DNA of 64,000 bases, taken from positions 3,584,001 through 3,648,000 of the forward strand of contig CAWAIF010000003.1 in assembly GCA_963782055.1 (NCBI GenBank), given 5' to 3'. Below the pieces are notes generated by a model. That model saw only the letters and a list, made by a program, of their open reading frames with translations. It was not told the origin of the DNA and searched no databases. Each line of letters begins with the position of its first letter. The stretch's first letter is position 1. The position numbers and the translations under genes are program-made. Shown one piece after another: positions 57,554 to 64,000 of this stretch. The DNA is from an uncultured delta proteobacterium (lineage in GTDB: Bacteria > Myxococcota_A > Polyangia > Polyangiales > Polyangiaceae).

Positions 57554-58921
57554 TCACGCCGGGAGCGCGAGCACGGTGCGCGCGCACACCTCGCGGCGGA
57601 AGGCGGCGGGGTCGCTCGTGTCGATGGTGGCCAGGGCGTCAGCGGGGCACTCCCCCCGCGCCACCAGCGCCGCCAGCGCGCGCAGGTGAACGCGCTCGTC
57701 CTGACCGCCAGCGTCCTTGCGGTCGCGACGCTCCAGGCCGCCCATGGCGATGTCCACGACCCGCTCCGCCACGGCGGCGAGGGGCTCGCCGCGGAAGGGC
57801 GCGCGAAGGGCGGCCTTCCACGCGACCTGCTGCAGCGCGGACACCTCCTCGAACGTCCACGGCGCGACGAGCTGCTCCAGCTCCGCGAGCGCCCTGGCGT
57901 CGTACAGGAGGCCCGCGTAGAGCGCGGGGAGCGCGCACGCGGTGGCCATGCCCTGCATGTCGGCGCTGCGGATCTCCAGCGTGCGCTTGAGCCGCACCTC
58001 GGGGAAGAGGGTGTTCAGGTGCTGCTGCCAGTCCGCCTGCGTGGCGCGCTCCCCCTGGAAGCCGCTGGCGAGAAAGTCGCGGAAGGTCTGCCCGGTGTTG
58101 GCGAGGATGCGATCGCCGCGCTTGAGCAGGAACATGGGGGCGTCCAGCGCCCACTCGACGTAATCGGCGAAGCCGGCGTCCTCCTTCCACACGCCCGGCA
58201 CCAGGCCGGTGCGCGGGGCGTCCACGTCCAGCCAGACGCGCGCGCGCATGGAGAGGCCCTCGTGCCGCTTGCCCTCCACCCACGGGCTGTTGGCGAACAT
58301 CGCCGCGCAGAGGGGGGCGATGGCGAGGCACGCCCGCAGCTTGCGCATGGCGTCCGCCTCCCCGTGGTAGTCCAGGTTCACCTGCACGGTGGCCGTGCGC
58401 AGCATCATGTCCAGCCCGTAGGTGCCGCGGGTGGGCAGGTACTCGCGCATGATGGCGTAGCGGCCCTTGGGCACCCAGTGCAGGTCCTCGCGGCGGGCGA
58501 AGGGGTGGAAGCCCACGCCGAGCCAGCGCACGCCCATGGCCTGCGACTCCGGGGCGATCTCGCGCAGGTGCTCCTCCATCTCGGCGCGGATGGCGTGCAC
58601 GTCGTGGGAGGGGCGACCGGACAGCTCGAGCTGGCCGCCGGGCTCCAGCGTGACGCTGGCGTCCCCGCGCCGCAGGGCGATGAGCGGGCCGCCGGCCTTC
58701 TCCCGCTCCGGCTTCCAGCCGAAGCGTGTCTCCAGCGCCCCGAGGACGCGGGCGATCTCCACCTCGTACGCCACCGGCGCGCACTCTTCTCCCCGGACGC
58801 CGATCTTCTCCATCTCCGGGCCGAGGCGCTCGCCCTCGCTCGCCGCCGCCTCGTGGAAGAGGGCGAGGAGATCGTCGTGGCCTCGGATGGGCGAATCGCT
58901 CTGCTGGGAGTCGCTGGTCAA
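57554..58921 (-). CDS. gshA: Glutamate-cysteine ligase (GCS2, plant/alphaproteobacterial type)
   Basis: TLEPGGQLELSG, PKGRY.IM, QVNLD, FANSP and LFPEVRLKRTLEIR; start uncertain. Confidence 0.9.
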   Translation of the reverse strand: MTSDSQQSDSPIRGHDDLLALFHEAAASEGERLGPEMEKIGVRGEECAPVAYEVEIARVLGALETRFGWKPEREKAGGPLIALRRGDASVTLEPGGQLELSGRPSHDVHAIRAEMEEHLREIAPESQAMGVRWLGVGFHPFARREDLHWVPKGRYAIMREYLPTRGTYGLDMMLRTATVQVNLDYHGEADAMRKLRACLAIAPLCAAMFANSPWVEGKRHEGLSMRARVWLDVDAPRTGLVPGVWKEDAGFADYVEWALDAPMFLLKRGDRILANTGQTFRDFLASGFQGERATQADWQQHLNTLFPEVRLKRTLEIRSADMQGMATACALPALYAGLLYDARALAELEQLVAPWTFEEVSALQQVAWKAALRAPFRGEPLAAVAERVVDIAMGGLERRDRKDAGGQDERVHLRALAALVARGECPADALATIDTSDPAAFRREVCARTVLALPA

Positions 58922-59006
58922 GGTCGGGGTCGTTTGTCTACCAGCGCCGGGTGGTCCCGCACAGGGCATTCCTCCTGCCCTGCGTGCTAGCCTGCCTTGT
59001 CCTTCG

Positions 59007-59678
59007 ATGCTCCGTGAGCTCTTTCATCTCGCGCGCCACGCCCCGGCGACGCTCCGTCTCAAGTCGCGGCTCCCGCAGGTGGACCTGTACGACGAGCTCA
59101 TGCTGCGCGGCGAGGCCGCCGGCATGGCGGCGCACCGGCGCGCGCTGGTGAGCGATCTCCTCGGCGAGGTCCTGGAGATAGGGAGCGGCACCGGCCTCAT
59201 GTTCGAGCACTACCCCGCGGAGGTGAAGCTCACCGCGCTGGAGCTGGACGGGGACTTCCTGGCGCGGGCGGGCGACCGCGCCCGGAGCGCCGCAGCGGAC
59301 GTCACCCTCCTGCGGGGCGACGCGGCCTCGCTCGCCTTCCCCGAGGAGGCGTTCGACGCCGTCGTCTCCTCGCTCGTGCTGTGCAGCGTGGAGTCGCCCG
59401 CGGACGCCCTCGCCGAGATCGCGCGTGTGCTGCGCCCGGGCGCGCCGCTGCGCCTCATCGAGCACGTGGTGAGCGAGCGGCCCGTCGCGGCGGCGCTCAT
59501 GCGGGCGGCGGACCCCCTCTGGCTCCACCTGAACGGCCAGGGCTGCCGCATGGCGCGCGACACCGTGGCCACCGTGGGCGAGGCTGGCTTCGTGGTGGAG
59601 AGCGTGGAGGCCTTCCAGGTCTTCTCCCCCGGCCTCCCGGCGTTCCCCATGCGCGCGATCCGGGCGCGGCGAGGGTGA
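59007..59678 (+). CDS. Class I SAM-dependent methyltransferase
   Basis: VLEIGSGTG, GDA..L.F, LVLCSV and RVLRPG..IEHV. Confidence 0.88.
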   Translation: MLRELFHLARHAPATLRLKSRLPQVDLYDELMLRGEAAGMAAHRRALVSDLLGEVLEIGSGTGLMFEHYPAEVKLTALELDGDFLARAGDRARSAAADVTLLRGDAASLAFPEEAFDAVVSSLVLCSVESPADALAEIARVLRPGAPLRLIEHVVSERPVAAALMRAADPLWLHLNGQGCRMARDTVATVGEAGFVVESVEAFQVFSPGLPAFPMRAIRARRG

Positions 59679-59685
59679 GGGCGGG

Positions 59686-62514
59686 TCAGGCCTTCGCGGT
59701 GCTCGCGCGGATGGTCTTCTTCCGGTCGAAGATCCGCAGGCGCCGCACCAGCAGGTCCAGCAGGTAGACGCCGATCGCCGCCGCGACGAAGCGCGACCAC
59801 AGGTCCTGGTGGTAGGTGATCGTCTGGCCAGCGGGGTCGAAGAAGTCCTTCGGCGTGGGGTCCAGCTTGCCGCCGGTCACCTCCGCCGCGCGCGCCAGCG
59901 TCGTCGTGTCGGGCGCGAGCGCGAGGTACTCGCGCGGGTACGGGTTGGTGACGTGGCCGAAGCTCTCCGCCACCGTGGCGGTCTTGAAGCCGCCCTTGCC
60001 GTCGTCGATCGACTTCTGCAGCGCGGCGTGGAGCACGAAGGACCCGTAGTGATCCAGGGGGAAGTCCGCGGTGTAGCGGCCGGGCGCCGTCTGCGGCATG
60101 GGCACCTTGCGCACCGTCTTGGAGGGCAGCGGGCCCTTCACCTCCAGCTTGGCGTCCAGGCCGTTCTGGAACTTGTCGTCCGCGCCGATGGCGTCGATGG
60201 ACGCCTTCACGTGGCCGGTCGCCGGGTCGATCTCCGCGCGCATGTCGAACTGCTGGCGCTTCTTCTGCCGCATGTGCTCGCGCACCAGCTGCCCCCAGAA
60301 CTGGCCGTAGCCGGGCCACTTCAGCCACTCCACCGCCCAGAGGTTCTTCACGTCGCTCGTCCACGCGAGCGACCAGCCGAGGCCGACGTGCCACCGCGCC
60401 AGGATGGGCTCGCCCACCTCGCTCTCCAGGATCTCCTGCGCCGGCGCCGGCTTCATCTTGGTCGCGACGTAGCCGTGCAGGTACGGCGCCGAGCCCATGT
60501 CGATGCCCTTCAGGAAGTCCGCCGGCGCGACCACGCGCGGCTGGAAGTACTCCTCCACCGCGGCGGAGCGGCTCACCATCTCGGTCTCGCGCGTGAAGAC
60601 GCGCGGCAGCTGCGTCGGGTCGAGCACCTTGTAGAAGCGGCCGCCGCCCAGGTCGGAGACCATGCGCAGCAGGTTCTCGTCCACGCCGCCGCCGAGGCCC
60701 ACGGTGGTGACCGTGATGCCCTCCGCCACCATGGCCTGGACCAGATCGCGGATGCCTCCCTGCGGGGCCTGGCCGTCGGTCAGCAGGATGACGTGCTTCT
60801 TGCGCGCGGCGGTGACGGTGAGCGCCTGGTAGGCGGCGTCCAGCGCGCTGAAGATCTCGGTGCCGCCGCCGGGCTGGATGCGCGAGATGTCGTTCTGGAT
60901 GCGGGCGCGGTACTTGGCGCTCGTCATCTTCACCACGTGCGTGGGGCTGGTGTCGAAGGCGATGACGTCCAGCAGGTCGTCGCTCGACAGCGTGTCGGCC
61001 GTCGCCTTGGCGGCCGCCTTGGCCATCTCCAGCGGCTGACCGCTCATCGACCCGGAGCGATCGATGACCAGCACCATCGCGACGCCGGGCTCGTCCTTGC
61101 GCTTCTCCGAGTCCATGCGGACCGGCAGGATCCGCTCGATGGTGGTGTGGTACCAGCCGCCCAGCCCGTAGCCGCTCTCCCCGCCGGCGAAGAGGAAGCC
61201 GCCGCCCAGATCGCGCACGTAGCTCTCCACGGCGTCCTGCTGCGTGAGGGAGACCGCGTCCGCGGGCGCGTCGGAGAGGATGACGAAGTCGTAGCGCTCC
61301 AGCTCGCTCAGGCTGGAGGGCAGCCCCGCGGGCTCGGCCACCTGGACGTTGAACTGCTGGGCGGACAGGGCGCTGGCGAGGTAGCTCGCGTGCGAGGGCT
61401 TGCCCTCGACGTAGAGCACCGCCGGCTTGCCGATGACCGTCGCCGTCACCGCGTAGCGGTTGTTCTCGGCGAAGCGATCGTGCTGGATGTCGGTCAGCGC
61501 CAGCGAGTAGGTGACGTCGCCCGCGTAGGCCACCTTGCTCTGGAACATGACGTCGTTGTCGCCCGCCTTCAGGTCGAGCGTCCGCACGCCGCCCAGGCCG
61601 TTGATGGCCTCACCCTGCATCAGCGTCGCCTTCGCCTTCTGTGCGCGGCTGGAGAAGATGTTGGCGTGGATCTGGAACGTCTCGCCCTCGTGGATGCGGT
61701 CGGGCAGGCGCAGGTCCCGCAGCGCCACCTCGCCGGGGACCGGGCGGGTGTACGGGATGCTGAAGATCCTGACGCCGAACTCGTGGGCGCGCTCCGCCTC
61801 CGCCAGCACGTCGCCCTCGGTCTGCACGCCGTCGGTGAGGATGACGGCGCGCCGCAGGTACCCGGAGGGGTACAGGCCATAGGCGAGCTGCAGCGCGGAC
61901 GCCAGATCGGTGCCGGCGTCCAGGCCGCGCTTGGCGGGCTTCTTCCCGTCGGGGGGCGCGGCGCCGGGGTTCTCCTTCACGTCCAGCGCGTCGTGGCGCA
62001 GGAGGTCCGGCGCCTTCCGCGCGTCCTCGGCGAGCGGCACCACCCGCGGCCGCTCGGAGAAGGTGATGACCTTGACCAGATCGTCCTTGGGCTTCTCGTC
62101 CAGCGCCTTCTGGATCTGCGCCTTGGCGTCGGCGATGGCGGCGTCGGGCACCGACTCCGAGACGTCCACCACGAAGACGGTGCACACCTTCTGCGTGGTG
62201 GAGGTGCGCGCCAGCCGCGAGAGCCCGAGCGCCAGCAGCGCCACGAAGGCGAGGCGCAGGATCACCGAGATCACGCGCTGCGGCCACGGGAGGTCGGCGA
62301 GCGACCAGCCGATGACGAAGACGATGAAGGGCGGCGCGAGCACGGCGATGCCCAGCATGCGCGGGGCGAGCAGCTCGTAGTCCTTGCCGTCGTGCTTCCA
62401 CGCGAGGGTGGGTCCCGCGTACCAGACGTAACGCAGGTAGAGCCACAGCCCCACGGCGAGCACGCCGGCCACCAGCGCCCCGAAGAGCGCCCGCTTGAGC
62501 CACACGCGGCTCAT
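59686..62514 (-). CDS. Membrane protein with two VWA domains and a GATase1-like domain
   Basis: MIDAS motifs DVSES and DRSGS, two ILTDG-type motifs, YVRDLGGG..AGG..YG.GG, and terminal transmembrane helices. Confidence 0.88.
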   Translation of the reverse strand: MSRVWLKRALFGALVAGVLAVGLWLYLRYVWYAGPTLAWKHDGKDYELLAPRMLGIAVLAPPFIVFVIGWSLADLPWPQRVISVILRLAFVALLALGLSRLARTSTTQKVCTVFVVDVSESVPDAAIADAKAQIQKALDEKPKDDLVKVITFSERPRVVPLAEDARKAPDLLRHDALDVKENPGAAPPDGKKPAKRGLDAGTDLASALQLAYGLYPSGYLRRAVILTDGVQTEGDVLAEAERAHEFGVRIFSIPYTRPVPGEVALRDLRLPDRIHEGETFQIHANIFSSRAQKAKATLMQGEAINGLGGVRTLDLKAGDNDVMFQSKVAYAGDVTYSLALTDIQHDRFAENNRYAVTATVIGKPAVLYVEGKPSHASYLASALSAQQFNVQVAEPAGLPSSLSELERYDFVILSDAPADAVSLTQQDAVESYVRDLGGGFLFAGGESGYGLGGWYHTTIERILPVRMDSEKRKDEPGVAMVLVIDRSGSMSGQPLEMAKAAAKATADTLSSDDLLDVIAFDTSPTHVVKMTSAKYRARIQNDISRIQPGGGTEIFSALDAAYQALTVTAARKKHVILLTDGQAPQGGIRDLVQAMVAEGITVTTVGLGGGVDENLLRMVSDLGGGRFYKVLDPTQLPRVFTRETEMVSRSAAVEEYFQPRVVAPADFLKGIDMGSAPYLHGYVATKMKPAPAQEILESEVGEPILARWHVGLGWSLAWTSDVKNLWAVEWLKWPGYGQFWGQLVREHMRQKKRQQFDMRAEIDPATGHVKASIDAIGADDKFQNGLDAKLEVKGPLPSKTVRKVPMPQTAPGRYTADFPLDHYGSFVLHAALQKSIDDGKGGFKTATVAESFGHVTNPYPREYLALAPDTTTLARAAEVTGGKLDPTPKDFFDPAGQTITYHQDLWSRFVAAAIGVYLLDLLVRRLRIFDRKKTIRASTAKA

Positions 62515-64000
62515 ACGGTGATCCTCCGGTGGTAGGTGATCCACTCCAGGGCCGTCACGATCACCGCGGCCAGCAGCAGGTACAGCCACACCTCGCGGCG
62601 CACGCTCACGTGGAAGCCCTCCACCTTGCCGGCCTCGTGACCGTCCACGGTGAGCTTGTCCGCCGGGGCGATGGCGCTCTCCGAGTCGTCGAGCAGGTTG
62701 GCGGCGAAGCGGACCGTGTCCTTTGCCTTGGTGGCGTCGGCGCCGCCGGCCTTCGGCGCGGGGGCCGCGCCCGCCGGGGCGAGGTCGAGCTGGTAGAAGC
62801 CGGCGCGCTGCCCCAGGTACACCGCCCTGCCCTCGTGGATGGGCACCTCCTGCTTCACGCCGCCGGGCAGCACCAGCTCCGCCTCCTTGCCCGCCGCCCC
62901 GACCGGGATGTGCCACACGTCCCCGGTGCGGAAGCTGGAGAGGTACGAGGCGTCCTCGTCGGTGAACCAGTTGATGACGTCCAGCAGGAAGACCGGCCAC
63001 GCCACGCGCAGCGGCAGGTCGCTGTCACGCACGTCGAAGCCCATCGCCACGAACTTGAAGCCGCCGCGCGTCCCGGCGACGAGGATCGGCCCCTGCCCCT
63101 CCGACGCGCCCACGACCTTGTCGCCCGTCTCCGGCTTCAGGGTGTGCCCGCGCGAGACGTTGACGTTGTCGAGCGCGGTGAATCGCACGATGGGGTGCTT
63201 GCGGTCGATGCGATCGAACCCCGGCTGCGGCACCTCCTTCTCCACCTTCACCGGTGAGCCGGGACCGGCCGGGTCGATGTAGAAGGCGTTGGCGCGCGGC
63301 GGCTCGGCCGGCGTCGCGCCGTCGAAGATCATGACGTCGAAGTGCTCCTGCCCGGCCGCGTACTTGTTCGCGTAGACGACGGGCGTCACCTGCGTGACGT
63401 CCAGGTACTCGTCGAGCAGCAGCGCCGCCTCGAGGTAGGTGTTGCCCGGGGTGACCACGAGCACCTTCGCCCGCCGCCTCTCGGGGAGGAGCGCGTAGGC
63501 GTGATCGTCGGCGGGCAGGTCGTCCTTGCCGCCGCCGATGACCTGCAGCTTCGCCTCCAGGGTCCGGCTGGCGCCGGAGAGGTTGGGGTAGAAGCGCGGG
63601 AGCCGCTCCCCCGGCCTGAGGCGCAGGCGCGTCAGGTCGACCAGGGTCCCGTCCCCCAGCAGGGAGAGCTCGATGTCCGCCTGCTCCGGGCCGCTGTTGG
63701 TGACCTCCAGCATCACCTCGTAGCGGCTCTTGTCGAGCGGGTAGCGGCGCACCGAGAACTGCGTCACCGCGACGTTGTCCTTGCCCTTGCCGACGGGCAT
63801 GAAGGACAGCTTCACCTTGCCGACGTGGACGGGGCCGGCGGCGTCCACGGCCTCGCCGAGGTCCCCGTCGGAGACGACCACGATCTCGCCGTTGTCGACG
63901 CCGCGCAGCGTGTCGGTCGCGAAGCGCAGGGCGCGGGCGAAGTTGGCGCGCGCCTCCGTCGGCCGGACGGCGTCGACCGCGCGCTCCAGCTCGGAGGTAT
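62511..64000 (-). CDS. BatA/VWA-type membrane protein, 5' end outside the window
   Basis: Frame is open to the window edge (..ANFARAL..EIVVVSDG); SDLPLRVAWP; C-terminal transmembrane helix ending LEW. Confidence 0.8.
   Translation of the reverse strand, partial: TSELERAVDAVRPTEARANFARALRFATDTLRGVDNGEIVVVSDGDLGEAVDAAGPVHVGKVKLSFMPVGKGKDNVAVTQFSVRRYPLDKSRYEVMLEVTNSGPEQADIELSLLGDGTLVDLTRLRLRPGERLPRFYPNLSGASRTLEAKLQVIGGGKDDLPADDHAYALLPERRRAKVLVVTPGNTYLEAALLLDEYLDVTQVTPVVYANKYAAGQEHFDVMIFDGATPAEPPRANAFYIDPAGPGSPVKVEKEVPQPGFDRIDRKHPIVRFTALDNVNVSRGHTLKPETGDKVVGASEGQGPILVAGTRGGFKFVAMGFDVRDSDLPLRVAWPVFLLDVINWFTDEDASYLSSFRTGDVWHIPVGAAGKEAELVLPGGVKQEVPIHEGRAVYLGQRAGFYQLDLAPAGAAPAPKAGGADATKAKDTVRFAANLLDDSESAIAPADKLTVDGHEAGKVEGFHVSVRREVWLYLLLAAVIVTALEWITYHRRITV

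Overview
Very GC-rich bacterial DNA whose gene content points to a myxobacterium (Myxococcota, Polyangiaceae-like): a tgl-type TPR lipoprotein beside recO, Hanks-type kinases, an FHA-sigma54 activator and the mevalonate pathway. The first ~3.08 kb is the right end of an integrated phage-satellite-like element. It carries an AAA_25-type helicase, an AEP-type primase with a PriCT-like domain and small coupled ORFs, and ends at a duplicated tRNA-Gly 3' end (probable attR, 3059-3080). The rest is mostly core genome: gpmA, ogt/alkA, an S46 peptidase, two kinases, panB, a DUF4266/DUF3570 cluster, tRNA-Val(CAC), ygiQ, engB-murJ-recO-tgl-crp-hisB, tRNA-Leu(GAG), nfeD plus two flotillins and a histidine kinase, a mevalonate cluster, trpF, gshA and VWA genes. 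The most striking system is an 8.4-kb porin-cytochrome locus (35135-43531) with 63 counted heme-binding motifs. It encodes a NapC/NirT tetraheme, a 27-heme membrane-anchored protein, a 13-heme lipoprotein, a beta-barrel, and 13-heme and 6-heme lipoproteins, which together look like a complete quinone-to-cell-surface electron conduit. Other notable observations are a palindromic 48-bp tandem repeat inserted in frame in HMG-CoA reductase, a kinase with a DFN motif and a ~75-aa insert, repeated leaderless-type promoters, and two frameshifts (panB and the porin) that are both GATC->GAATC, suggesting a systematic sequencing artefact. All calls come from motif reading only; no database search was run.
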